From assembly GCA_907165135.1 (NCBI GenBank), contig OU015570.1, positions 1,364,001-1,428,000 on the forward strand: a stretch of DNA of 64,000 nt. Reading direction: 5' to 3'. Made by a program: the position numbers and the translations under genes. Shown here piece after piece: positions 47,661 to 61,215 of the stretch (positions within the stretch are counted from its first letter, which is position 1; each line of letters begins with the position of its first letter). The notes beneath the pieces are model-generated. The model was not told the origin of the DNA. It saw only the letters and a program-made list of their open reading frames with translations, and did no database searches. The stretch is from Oikopleura dioica (Eukaryota > Animalia > Chordata).

Positions 47661-50410
47661 ATTTCGCCTAAAATAAAATAAATATTCTGTTTAAGGTAGC
47701 CCCAGTGTGTCAGAGATAAATATTTTCAGGGTTTGCGGTTTTCGAAAAATTTGAAAAGAATGATGAAATTTTGTTTAAAAATTTTTCTAGCAGAGACTTG
47801 CTTTTAGAATTGTTAAAGATATAAAATCAATTGGTTTTAAACTAATTTACACCAAAATTTTGGTTAAAAATGCCTTGAGTGGTTAATCCTGTGTTTTTCG
47901 GAAAACTCCACTTTGAGTGATCAGTGGACAATTATTTTCATGGAAATAACGTAAAAGGCTGTGACAAAAGTAAGATCTAGTTTAAATCTTCTATATAAGT
48001 TTGTTTTGGAATGCTCAATTATTCTCAGGTACGTTTTATAAGCCTCAAAATTTTGATAATTTTGGCCTCTATACCCTTAAAGTAGACAATTTTTTAGGGA
48101 TTTTTAGTGCTATATCAAGAATATTTAACCGCTGAAGAGATTTTTGCTGGATTTTTTGCGCTAGAGAATTATCGCGGCACGATTTATAAAAAAAAAACGG
48201 AAAATTTCAGAAACGAGTCTTGCACCAGAAGCGAGACTATGGAAGTTGAAGGAATTGTTGGCGCTCTGACTGTTACACTCGCGTATGAAGAAAAATTGAA
48301 TACGAACAAACTCGTCAGACATCGGGAAATGTTTTACCGTTTTCGATTTGGCTCGCACACGCCGGCAGAAAATGCTGATCCATATAGACTAGGATCATTA
48401 TCATGTTTGGATGCGGACACAAACAAGGCTTATTCCGTTCGTAAGTTTCGACTAGAAAAGACAACTTCAAAGAAAATGAGTTACTCTCTTTGATGTGCCT
48501 TTACTGTATTGAGAATACAATCATGTTGAAAGAACAGTTCAGCGAACCCTTGCAACAATTTCAAACAATTATTGAATCTTTCCGAAAAATTGTAAATTCA
48601 AAAGAGTCGATTCAATATTTTGGAATCAACCTTATTTCGAAAAATATTCTTTCAAAATCATCTTGTAGCGAGGCTTAGATTCTCAATTTGTTATTTGTGT
48701 TGAGCAGGAATTTTACGGTTTCTAGAAGCAAAAGATCAACGGTTGGAATTCATCAGCGCGATCGAAAATAATGGGGATCAAAAATGAGAATTTTCAAAAA
48801 TAATTTTTTTTTTCAATTTTCAAAGTTTTATTGATTTTCGCTGATTCTTGAGCTCAAAGCGACCTTTTCTAACCAGCTCGATTTCTACCTGAGCTACTAG
48901 AAAATTAAAAAATTTAGTTCAAAAATTGAATTTGGCAAAATTTGTCAAGGCCCTCACGTCTACATAGGACGTCATGTGACTATGACAATAGGATATTCTG
49001 ATAGAACAGGTCCGAAACCTTGGAGAATGATTAAAATATCATCAAAAAATATAAACCTACGCGTTCTATAAGCGTAATATTCTAAAATGAAGCGGAGGAC
49101 CTTTGCTCAGGTCTTCCACCAGAAGAGGACCCTCTTCTTGGAAAAAAGAGTTTATCCCTTCTCTAGAAGCGTAGGTTAATATTTTTGATGATTTTTTCTT
49201 CAATCCCCAGAGAATCGATGTCACTCTTTCAGAAACTGGTGACCTTACATCACTGTAACCTTACTGTAAGGTGTGAGAGGCTTGACAAAATTTAATGCAT
49301 TTTTCAAATCTTCATTTTCCACACCCAATTCTTAGGCCGCACGTGCGCTTGTAATTTTTTGGACTGAAGATTTCTTCGGCTTCAGTTTATTACAATCGTG
49401 AAAAATACGATTTTAGAAAAATGTTGACTGAGAAACGTGACGAGTGATTTGTTTGATCGGAAATGAGATTTGATAAGTTTGAGAATCGGAAACAGAATCA
49501 AAATTGAAAATCGAGATTTCAGTCAATAAAAATGGAAATTCACTTCGCTATTTTCGCATTGTTGAAAAATCAGACGCTAGAAGAGTGTTCTTAAAACTAA
49601 AAATCTCTCATAAAAGGATATGCAGGGACAATTCAAAAGCTCTTCCCCACATTTGAATTGCTCGTTCAAAAAGTAACGAGTCGAGGACGAAGAGAATTGA
49701 GCGTCGAATTGACTCCCGAATCACTCAGAGGCGAGTATGACTACGAGACGTTTACGGAGATGCTAAAATTCGTTTTTCGAAATAAACTTTTGATCTCGCA
49801 TGTTGGCCTTCTGTTGCTTGTTGACCTTGTTGATTTCAGTTGTGGCGTAAGAAGAGAAAGCGTTGAAATTAAAATTATTTTGGCTTCCGAATTCAAATAC
49901 GATTCATTTTAGATCATTTATCTTTCGAGGAAAGGTACTTTTTTCTTTCAATAAAAATCTTAACTTCTCAAATCAGAGTTTCATTGAATGAGGGCCAGCT
50001 AGGTTTAACTTATGTAACAGGCATGAAAGAAAGGTTTAGCGGCCCGGTGGCGCGCGGGGTGGCGGGCGGCCCCGTTCGAAATCGGTTTTTGGGCCCATTT
50101 TTCAAACGGCGTTCGAAATTTCCGAAAAATCTTGACCTTAGAATGAGCTTAAATCAATGTCATCGTGTAAGCAGATGAAGTTGGCATCATTATGAGGGAG
50201 TTTTCTTACAAATCAGGCGCGGAGCGCATATAAGCTCATTTTTAAAAGCAATTTCAGAAATTTTTCGAACGGCGTTCGAAAAATCTCGAACGGCGTTCGA
50301 AATTTCGAACGTAGCAGCCCTACACCCGGCGCGCGAGTATGTTCGGGTTTTACGGTCGGTTTGAAAGTGTTTTTCAGAAAAGTTTTCACTTTACTGTCAG
50401 ATAGTTCCAG

Positions 50411-52035
50411 TATGAATGTTTTGAGTCTCCCCTTGGTAATCCCAAATTGCTCATGGTGTTACTGGCCCCTTGCGCCTGAGCCAGCCTTTCAGTATTATTT
50501 CAAGTGCACAAATGGTGCATGTCTACAACCCAATTATGTAAGTTTGAAATCAATGATTTTTGAGACTCAAAACGCTCTTAAAATTACGAATGTCATTTTG
50601 CAAGAATTAGACTAGCATATTCTTGATCAGCTTTTCATTCTCTTCCGATAGACTCATAAATCGGCCATATCTCGACGGTGGTTTTTTAAAAAATGGAGCG
50701 AGGGGACTCTCTTTTAATTGTTAGAAAGTTATTCTTGAATTAAGGTTATGCATCAAAATCACCTTTTCGAACTCGCGAATGGATTATGGTCGAATCCCCG
50801 AGAACTATTTTACAATAGTTCTGAAATCAACTGGCAGGGATTTCTCGCCCATTTTGCGGGTACTGCCACTATTTATCAGATGTGTACCGTAACTCCACTT
50901 AACTTGCCGCTTGTGCCCAATGGTAATGATAAATAGATTTTTATTTTTATTTGATCAAAAAGGGCCCGTGGCTGAGCCCGTTGTTCCGGAGCCCTACGCA
51001 TTACCTCAACTCGGAGACCAGGATATGGTTGAACTTGTTCCTGTCAACGAGGAGCATGAAAATGAGTCTGTCATCGATTTCGAAATGCAGAGCATGAACG
51101 GAGAACAAAACATGGGGATTGATGGTTCATCCGGTTATGCCGGTGATGATGATCGATCAATGACCTCCATAGAATCCGACCGGTAAATTAATGTGTATGA
51201 TTAGGGATTTTCACGGAAAAATGCGCGTGGCGCGGTCTTACGCAATCCAAATGAATGATTTTTAAAATTTAGTATTCCAATGTTTGACGGTGAAGATGAC
51301 GGGTCCGAAATATCGGAAGAAGGGCTTTCTGACGATGACGTCAACCTAGATGATCTTGTTAATCGCGACAATAACGTCGCGTTCGAAGCTCCGCCTAGGG
51401 GCTTACAGGAGCTTTGGGAAGAGGATGCCGATTTTTACAGAGGGGAATCGAGTTTGGCGACTATGGATTCCGACCCTGATCAACAGCGTCTCCAGCAAAT
51501 CCGGGACCGCAGCGTTTCCGAAAATCTGAAACATGGGATCAATGTGTTCGGCACCAAACAAGTGTTCGAAGTGTATATTAACCGCTTCACAAGTCCGGTA
51601 GTTATTTGAAACAAAATGATTGTCGCTTACTAACAATATTTGCTTTAGCTTTTTGATCGCGGGCCCTGTTGAAAGAGCCGAATTTGATAACTAGAAATAC
51701 GCTTCCATACTAATGCTCAAAGTTTGCTCTTTTTGGGGCTCTTGTCTGACCAATTTGACCATTTCATAATTTTCAATTGATTCGACATCATTTCACGCTA
51801 ACCATCATCTATTGATTCTACTTATAATTTTGTTCATAAAAACTTAAAAATTGTAGCGAGTATGTCTTCTTTGCGATGAGAACTTTTATGTGGGTGCGCC
51901 TGGGCGATGCCATGAGACTCATGATTTATGTCTGAGCTGTGTAAGTGGATTGACGAGAAGCGATTGGTGTCGTTGCCCGTTTGACAATCAGTACTTGTTC
52001 TTCAAAAACAAATACGAAAGCAACTGCTTGTCGTA
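50411..52035 (+). CDS. Multi-exon gene (or pseudogene) with acidic middle and C-terminal RING-like motif
   Basis: Exon-like ORFs at ~50411, 50748, 50970 and 51280 separated by GT-AG introns; last exon reads CLLCDENFYVGAPGRCHETHDLCLSC...CRCPFD. Confidence 0.6.
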
Positions 52036-54493
52036 AATTTTAGTTCTTTCCTTCTCCTTTATGAAAAATAAAATTTGAACAAAAACTTCGAAAATCGAGT
52101 GACTCAAAAATCTGCAGTGTCGTAGAAATGAATTAAGCGTATTGCATTCATTTGGTTAGTCAGTCAAGTTCACGGTCTATTGTTATCAATGATACGGCGT
52201 CACACAAGTGTCGCTCATTTGAGCGGCATTGAAAAGGAGAAAAAGGAGAGGCTGAAAAATGCTCGAAAATATTTCTTCCCTAGAGATTTTTCTGAAAAAT
52301 TAAGAAAAATTTAAGGTAAATTCGATCGTAAAAACGTTGGCTAAAAATTTCTTGCTTCGATTTTCTGGCGTTTTAAGTTTGTTCCGAGCATCGTTATTTT
52401 GGAACTGTGCGTAATCTTCTCCAAATTTTCGATTTTACTACACTTGCTCTACTTTATTTTCGATTGATTTGACGATAAATGTTATGGAGCCGTTTTATAG
52501 ATCCAAATACTATTAAAGAGTTGTCGCGCGTTATTGGAAACAAAGATAAGCCGGTTGATGATTTTGATTCTCGTGCCCGACGCTTCTGTAGTAAAAAATC
52601 CTGGACAGAAAATGAGCTGGGACCAATTTTTATCTGAGCGTATTCGCGAGTTGGCAAAATAGTAAACGTGACAAGTTGAAAGATGACGTTTGCGGAGACA
52701 ACAAACGGTCAGAGGTGTTTGACATTAAAAATATTCTAGAGCAAAGAGACAAAGACGCGTGAGATCAATTCCATTAGAAGTTGGGTGCAATTTGATTTCG
52801 AAAAAGAAACATCGTCAAACTTGTTTTTCAAGCTGACTTCTGAATTTAAGGAGCAAAAATGATTTCTTGTGTATTCAGGAAAAATATACTCTTAATGAGC
52901 TCTACTTTTAAAAGTTTAAAATCAATATTTTTATTGAGGTAATCCTGTATTTTTTTCTACACAAAGGCTCAAAGATTTTAAAGAAAACTAAGCTTGTAAC
53001 TTTTGTAGGTTTCTTGAAGCGCTTGAGAATTAATGGATAATCGTAACGTTAATCTCGATGATTTTTGAGAGAAGAACTTTTTCTAGTGTTTCTAGCTAGT
53101 CAAGTACGAAGTTGAAAAGAGTTCGGATTTGGTGAGAAAGAGGGGTTGAGAGCTTGTCTGTGGGAGCTGAATTTGAGTCACGTATTGTTCTATTACTATG
53201 GGAGCGCTAGCGCATACTCTCTAAGATTCTCCCGCGGCGGCTGTTCTCACGCCCGCCAGGCCTACGTGTCCGAGTTCATAGCCGTTCAAGGCTTCTGCAA
53301 GTTACGCAAAAGGATTGAAATTGATGATTTTTCAATAAAAATTTGAAAAAGAAAATGGTTTTTTGGACGCTGCGGTGGTCTCAAAACTTCTGAATTTCGC
53401 CTTGCTTCTTTGAGTTCTTTCTGCTTCTCGACTTTTTCCTTCAAAAGCGCAAGTGAAGTGTCGTTTGAAACTTTATTGAGAAAATGTTACGTGTCCTCAA
53501 AATGTCGGCTTAACAATAAATCGAAGTCGTTTTTATTCGACAGATAAGGGTGTCTCTACGCTAATTGAGCATATAAGAAAAAGAGCAAAAATTTCTATTA
53601 ATTCAAAATAATAAAGGGACTAAATGCCATTAATAAACACTCTGAAAATAAAACTTGAATAATCTCGGACGCTATTCGTCATGCGATGAGACAGTAGTCT
53701 TTTTTCAAAGTCAATAAAATTGGACACTGGACGATAGACAGTAAAATAACTAATTGCTTATCAACTCATGGCCAAAAGTCAATTGTAGATTCAATTGTCT
53801 TGTCTGATTTTTGAATTGTGAAAGAAATTGACTCTTTAGAGAGAAAACACGTGTTGAGTACAAAGCGAGTTTTATATATACGACGGAAGTCGCCGAGTTC
53901 GAGCAAAACTTGCTATTACGCCAGATGGGCATGCAGCGAGTTTTGTATTTTGTTTCGCGGTCCCATGATGATTTTTTCAATGGAAATTACTAACAAGTTA
54001 AATGGAGCTGTATATTTGCACTCTCACGGGAATCTAGCGCGCGTACTGACAGAGTAAGCTCGTGAGTTGTGGTGCGGCTCCTCAAGCTGCTCAATCATAC
54101 TTTTTGACGAGAAGCATCACTCTTTTCCTAAAGGAGATTTTGCGAGTCGGAATGCATCAATAAATAAGCCCATTCCCTATCACGAGATTTTTCTTACTTC
54201 CGCGCTGATTGAAAGGAAGAGTCGTCCGAGTCCGACTAAAAATCGATTCTGCTGTTGATTAACTGCGATTTTCAAGAGAATTGAATAATTTCTGGGCATT
54301 AAAATTCAATAATTTGATTAATAGAATGCAAATCTAACTAGGGTTTACTTGTTCGACGATGTTGGCACCCTTAAAATGAATGATTTCAAATAAAGCATGG
54401 CGTTTAAACTTCTTCAATTTTCTGTTCGATTGGTTCAATTTTCTGGCTCTTTCTGCACAATTTTGTACAGTTAGATGTACAGTAATTCTCTTT

Positions 54494-56595
54494 TTAATAA
54501 TTTATCAAATGCGCATGTTGTTTTCGCCTTTGTTGTTTTTCCAAATCACGAATGGTGACCATTTTATGTTTTTGTTTTTGAATGAAATAAAAATAAAGCG
54601 CTAGAAATAAAAAGGCAAAAAGAGATATGGTAATAATATTATTAAGCTCGTTTTTATATCTAAAATAAAAAGTCTTATTTTTATCAATATGAGAAGTCGT
54701 ATAAGTGAGATTATGGTGCATCAAAATAGTACTATTTTCTAAATCATTTTCAAAGTTAACGACGATGTCATCGTAATTTTTCTGGATCTCTAGAAAACTC
54801 ATTATTTGGGTTCCACACTGAAGGTTCAATTTGTGATTCCACCTTCTTAATTTTGTTATCCCAACTGGGCTTAACGTTGCTTTCTCGAGTTTTTCTTTGG
54901 GAAAATGGCTTGGCTCTAATGGTGAGATCTTTGGGACTGTAAAATGGGAGATCCAAACATTGTCTTCTGACAAAACAAAAGCACATGGTTTCTTAAGGTG
55001 CATTTTCTCGAAGCATGATTCTAGCGATTTTGACTGTACAATTTCGTGAAAGCATTTTATTTTTTGATCGTTTATGTCTAATTGCTCGTAATTACAATAA
55101 ATTGAATCTAGATATTTTGGGCATTTATCGATATTGAATGTATATTCCTGGAAGCTAGCCACTATTTTTGGAACAAATGCTTTTCTAAAGACAAAATAAT
55201 CGTCACTTCGGTGGTCTGGGACAGGAATATTATTTATTCTTCTAGTAACGTCCATTTTCCACAATAACGGATGAGTAAATTCTATATAAAATTGAAGCAA
55301 AATTTTATTATGCGTTTTGGTTGCTGCAATGTTGACGAGTCGATAATTTTGGGAGTGGAAATATTTTTGGCAGCCAACCATAAGATTATTTTCGTTCATA
55401 CAGATTGATACAAGCTTCCTGTGAGCCAAATTTCCCGGTGTTTAACTTTGGATACTATTGATTATTTCAGTCACTTCAGTCCTAAAATTCGTGAAATGCT
55501 CAAAAATTATATTTCTAAAGTGGTTTTCAGTGATTGCTTCTATCAAGGAACATTCTTGTTGGATTAATTTGTTTAAAGAGACTTTATTATGATAGACGTT
55601 TTCCTGGAGATCTTCGATGTTTGATCTCTCATCGGCAATAATATTTTTCAAGTCTTTCGTTGATTGGTAATTCAAAAATGATGTTGACAGCGCTGCCAGG
55701 CTCAGAATGCTACCTAACCCGCGGGGTTTTCTATCCAAAACTGGAACAAAGGTTTTAACAGCTGTGATGTTATAAATAACGAATGAGAGACAGTTCCGAT
55801 TGTAGTCAAACTCGGCGGGGCCCATGCCGGGTTCGTGGCTTGTCTCAAACTCGAAAGTTACTGTTGGATTCTGAGATTGGGAATTCCCGAAAGGTAAGAA
55901 AAAATAGCTGTGTTCATCTTTTTCAGTCTCAAGAATGGCTTTTTCGTTATCTGATGCAAAAATTTGAATCGAATTTTTACGAAGTGAAGCTGTATTAAGA
56001 AGGACTGCGCCGGCTGGCTCTTGTAACTGGAGTGAGTAAGTCAACCGAATAGTCCCTTTGTCGGTGCTCTCCGACATTGTTCAAGTGGTGAATATCCTGA
56101 GGCTCTTATTTGATCAATAATTGAGTCCGAAGTTAGCGTTTTTCGACAATTTTCATTTACACAGATTGCGCTCTCGGAATTTTCTATGAGAATATCTTTA
56201 ATAACAATTTCTTTTTCATTTTCAAGAAGAGAGAGCTCGTTATTGATCAAATGACGGGCGGATACATCCTCCATGTGGATGTTCTCCAATTTTAGCCAAT
56301 GAGCGTAGTTACGGTTCATTTCGTGCTCATAGATTTTGCTCAGGTTTTTTCGAATATTAACGCAATTGTGCGTTTCCTCATTGAAATCAGTGAAGGGGGC
56401 ATTAATGTCGATCACGAAGGTGCGGCGGACCTCGTCGGAGATGAAGTAGGCGCCAGGGCCGTACTCGGATATCTCCAGTCCGCTTTTTATCGGATCGGCG
56501 CATGCAACTCTTATAAGAATGAAGGAGATGAAGATTCTACATCTTGTAATTGATCTTCTTCCGAGATCTGAGGTTGTAAGCTTTGTCTTCCTCAT
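54494..56595 (-). pseudogene. env: Envelope (class I fusion-like) gene of the gypsy element, split by frameshifts
   Basis: Signal-like RIFISFILIRVACA; basic cleavage site RKPR followed by hydrophobic GLGSILSLAALS; heptad-like region; C-terminal TM IITISLFAFLFLALYFYFI; lies directly after integrase. Confidence 0.8.
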
Positions 56596-57401
56596 TCTCG
56601 GAATCTTTTCTACGAATGTTGGTTCTGAGATTTTGGACGTCCAAGGGAGAGTTTGTGATGGGAGTTGGCTTGTCAGAATTTTCTATGATATCATGATTAG
56701 TATTAAAAAGTAAATTTTTCTTAGAACTTAGGGTCTCCCTATCTTCTGGAGTCATATCGATTTTGATTAAGTATCGTCGGTTTCGAATAAGCCTTGTGCC
56801 CAATAAAAGATGCTCAATATAATAAGCCGAAACTCCTCTTTTCTCCAAAATTTTGTATGGTCCCAGATTAACCTTTTTATGGGAATTAAGGACGTCCGTC
56901 TGATTCTTGAGAACCACTATTTCTCCTTCTTTCAGTTCATGAATTCTTTTATCCTTTATAAGAAATTTTTCGCGTTTTGCTCTTGCTAGTTCAAGGTGAT
57001 AATTGTCTAAAATCTCAACATATTGCAAGATGTCTTTAAAATTAACTGATTCTTCAGTAATTTTGAGAGAGCCAAAGTGGGTTGGAGGGTCGATATTTCT
57101 TGCGACCTGGGCTGGGGTTAGTCCCTTAAGCCCTTCTTTGCTCCGGTGGTTGTAAAGATTGCAACTCATTTGCACAACGAAATTTGCATCGCTAAATTTC
57201 AATTAGAACGTGAGTTATAAGGGGAAATGAGAGATCGATCGACATGCATGAAAGAAAGTGCTTCATGAACTGCGCAGTTAAGGAATTCACCTCCGTTATC
57301 TGAGACGAGTAAAGCTTGCCCTTGGCAGCCGAATTCACTGAGTAGCAATATAATCGCTGGAATGACATCCTGCTTTTTCTTTGACATGACTCTTCGAACA
57401 G
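56537..57401 (-). pseudogene. pol: Integrase 3' part of a Ty3/gypsy (Tor-like) element
   Basis: LLVSDNGGEF...ISPYNSRSN (second catalytic Asp) and GPYKILEK (GPY/F domain); a frame break at ~57200 removes the segment that should carry the catalytic Glu. Confidence 0.92.
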
Positions 57402-57910
57402 CGTAATGGTTGGTGTATGTCGGTGCTACCAGACGGTTCGCCCCGAGGAAGAGTACACCTACGCGGACCTCGTGTTGAGTACAACTTAGTGCTTTCGCGT
57501 TATTCGCGCTGAGCGTACCTAACTCGAGGTAGAGAAACGGAAGTCCTGTTTTGGGCAAGTAAGAGATTGCCCCGGCTAACAGGTCTTTAGGTTTATCCTG
57601 TTCCTGGACCGCAGCTTCCTCCATCTTCTCCAACGCCGTCCAAGCCGCCGCTGTGATCGCCAAAGTCGTCACCGTGGTCGCACGCGTTTTACCTGAGAAG
57701 GTGGTTAACTGCTGTACAGAATAAACCAGTTTCGTAACGCCAGTTCTGGTCACGAGAGTGTTGATATTGCAGGTTTCGCAGGGGTAAATTACGTGGTGAC
57801 TGAAGTTCACAGCAGGAGTTACCTGACTCTGTGTTGAGAACTTCGGGAACGGACCCCGCGCGGCCACATTATCAAACCTCGAGCCTTGCCGTTTATTGCA
57901 AGAAGCTACC

Positions 57911-59790
57911 ATGAATAATATGTTTCTCGCGCCCAAAGGGCACGAATTTTATACAGGGAAGGCTTTAGTCCCTTTAGCATTCACAAATAGTGATGCAGCA
58001 GTGCGTGATCGGAAAATCATTGCATGGAAGGATCACCTGGTGACAGTCGCCACGAACGACGTCCGGAAGTCCTTAAAGGACAATCGGTTTGTGGATCAAA
58101 TCGCTAACCTCCCCTTACATGGGGTGAGAATAATGGTGAGCTGCCGTCCACGGTAGGACGGTTATCGATACCGTCTACTCTCCAAGAGTTCGAACAATGG
58201 AGAGTAGCAGGTCGATACGCGGGACACCCGAAGTTGGAAAACGCGAAGTTGTCGGATAATGAAGACGGATTTGTCGACTTCAACGGTCAGACAGCCGCGG
58301 AGAGCGAAACCGCGTTTAAAGAACATCATTTTCCAGGTGTTAATTTGGCGTTGAAAAATTATTTCATTGTCCAAGCAGGCTTCACCAAATCCGCGTGCCA
58401 GGAAGCGCTGGATGTTCTCCGGCTGGTTTGCTCGACGATCTGCAATAATGTGGAGGACAGCTCCAAAGAGGACCTAAAAATGGTTACTGCATCAATCTAA
58501 ACCAATATGTCCGCATGATGATAAAGAATTTCTGTGGTAACGCGGGAAAAAATGATTTTTGAGCTTTATAAAGTATCTACGCATCCTTGGAAGGGGCGAA
58601 TTGAGCCACGTTAAAACAGGCACACTTTATGAGGTCTCAAAAAAGGTATTTAAGAAGGTGATGACCGATAACGCGGTAGTAGCTGGACGATTCCCGAAAG
58701 GGACGCCGATGACTGTGTCTATCTTTCGCGAACAATACTGTACAACTCCGTATAAATTTGGCCCTCTGGCAGAATATTTCCTGTTGGGTTTGTGTACACT
58801 TGGGGTGCATGAATCCAAGTGGAAAGAAATCCTGGAGAAAATTTGTGTAAAAGAAACATTGAGTTCCGCGAGATGGATGGACGCGACATCATCTGCGAAA
58901 AGAAGCTTTTCCTGGATGAGTTAGAGAAGGCAAAGCAGTCTACTTCTCACGTAGAGTTAAGTCAGATAGAAGTCGCGTTGGATGTTGACGATGGAGGGGA
59001 CTTCAAATGCGCTGGAAGGTACAAAACAACGAATGCTAAAAATTTTTAAATGAAATTTAGAACCACGCGATGTATAAGAAGCAATCAAGGATACGCGCCT
59101 CGAAATTATAAATGGTCCGCGGGGAATTATCTTCCTGTTGAGTTCAATTAATCTAAGCAAAGAAAAAGCCCGTTCACGTAGCGAGAAAACGCGTAATAAA
59201 AATAAATTAATTCAGACCTCATACGCGCAATGAACATGAACGTGGACGGCCGAAAGGCGTTAAAGAAGCAGGAAGAAAAGGCCAAGACGCGGAGCGAGGA
59301 AAAGCAGCGCGCCCTTAAATGTAAACGCGAAGGTTAGTTCAAAAATCTTTTATTCTTAATCAAGTGAAACGGTGGATTCAGTACTAATGTAGTAACTGCG
59401 AACAGTACACAGTAAGAGAGTTAAATGACACATTTAGAAGATGATGCAGACGCGGAATACAAATTCGCGCAACCAATAAAACGTTCGCGAGCGCGGAGAG
59501 GACAGTTACGAGCGGCGGAATGGGCGAAGAAACATTTCGGTGTATCCCAAGGAAGGGATGAGCTAGCAGGTTTACTCGATAGCGCGGTAACGGCCAAAGC
59601 CACCAAGAGGGCTGGGCAAATCGCGGTATTGCTGCTGCTGACGCTCGACAGCACGGCTACCAGGCCATCGGAGATTGGCTTGCACGCGGCGGTCCAGGGG
59701 TGGAACATTCTGCTCCAGCTGAGAAAAAGGACAGCGGTCCATCGAAGCCCCGGCGGCCAACATGGATGATAAATGTCGCGTGCCCAAAAA
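57911..59790 (+). CDS. Sense-strand multi-exon ORF region of element C (unknown; last ORF has a tyrosine-recombinase-like box)
   Basis: Successive ORFs with ~40-nt GT-AG introns (e.g. ~59019-59060); LLLLTLDSTATRPSEIG at ~59638-59678. Confidence 0.45.
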
Positions 59791-60329
59791 CGCTTCGATC
59801 GTGGGGAAAGGGGAAAGATACGAGCGTGCCCTAGAAGGTTAAAAATAAATGGCCGAGCTAGGAGCAAAGAAATTTACCGGCTTAAGAGAATGTGTCGCGT
59901 GGGAAATATTTGAGTTCTTCGTTTCCACGGCGGACCCGGGTGATAAGGGGCTTGTAGATGCCAGCATCGCGAATGAATTGGAGGAGTAAACGCCAGATTC
60001 CGTGGTAGAGAGCGAAGTCCGGGCTGGCGTAAACGGCGATGAGATAATAAGCACCAGCCGCGTAATAAGTGTACTGCTCATTCTTAAATAAGGTCATAAG
60101 TCGCGAGTCGAGGCGATCAAGCAAAAGACACCGCCGTCTGATGCGAAGAAAATCGGCTTCACGGGATCAAAAAGTAAGTTACCTCTCCCATGAACGAATG
60201 AGTGACGTTGTTATTGTAAAAATAGCAGGCGAGCATCTTCAGCAAGGAGAGAGCAGGGAGAGGAAGGAGCTGAGCGCGATTTTTAAGATTAAACGCGAGA
60301 AGCTCTAAAGAGTGATGTTTAAAAATTCT

Positions 60330-61215
60330 TTAGGTCGTAAAATGGAACTCACTGTAAGAGTTGTCGTGAGGGAAGACCGTAAATTCTCCGTGGTCGAATC
60401 TCTGACCGCCATCACCCGAGAAGATGGAATCGCCAACAACGGATTTAATCGCGGTAAGAATAATTGCTTGGGGCGAACCCGGGATGCGGAGCTGATCCCG
60501 GTCGAAGAGCAGTCGGACAGAAACGCGATTCTGATCGACATCGGGGTTGCGGTTGCAAGCAGCCACGCGCTAGAAAATAGTTTAGAATGAGGACAGTTAA
60601 TGAATAATTTACCGCGTAGAAAAACTGGCTCCAAAGCAAAAAGATGAGCCAGGGGTTCTGCCCGCGGAAAGAGTAGGCAGTAGCTTCAGCAGGATAGGCC
60701 TCAGCGATATGCCGGGGAATACATTTGAGTTCAAAGGAACAGGGCCCAGCTAGGACCCAGTACTTGATCAGCGAAACAACGGTCAAGGTGGCCCACCGGG
60801 CCAGCCGCTCCAAGAATCCGCGTCGAAATTTCACCTGAGCATCGCGTGGAACCTGAGCATCAGGGACCTGGTACATAGCAGAGTCCATAGCAAGGACCAG
60901 GCCATGAACAGCTTGTTTATTTGAGCCTCTAGTGGGGAGCCGGAAATCAACAGGGACGACAACATCTCGGCCCTCAACGCGAAATCGGAGGCGGAGCTGA
61001 AGGCTACCGCGCTGAATTTCTTCGTCTTTGACGCGGGTGAGCAGGATTTCGTCGAGGGCTTTCCGGCCAACAATCTGGTCGTGAACACCAGCTCGGCGGA
61101 AAACAATGCGCGCACCGGGAGCCCCATGATCGTACTCAAATTTAGAAAGCGCGGAGGAGTATTCGCGTGGTTGCCCGTTCCGAGTTGCTTTAGATTGCGC
61201 GATCAGGCGACGCAC
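60330..61215 (-). CDS. Antisense gene of element C (spliced, unknown family)
   Basis: 256-aa ORF 60445-61215 plus downstream frame 60330-60566 (VSVRLLFDRDQ, cf. D IPIRVTFDRDG); head-to-head with 61396. Confidence 0.6.

Noticed and set aside
54000-54370. 3' LTR of the gypsy element starting near 54367
   Set aside because: Only a weak PPT (AAGGG) plus TG; the partner LTR is outside the window, so it cannot be supported.
57199-57936. 245-aa ORF and the matching 308-aa ORF at 62200-63126
   Set aside because: Mostly antisense read-through of element C's LTR; only the last ~65 codons of the first are real integrase.
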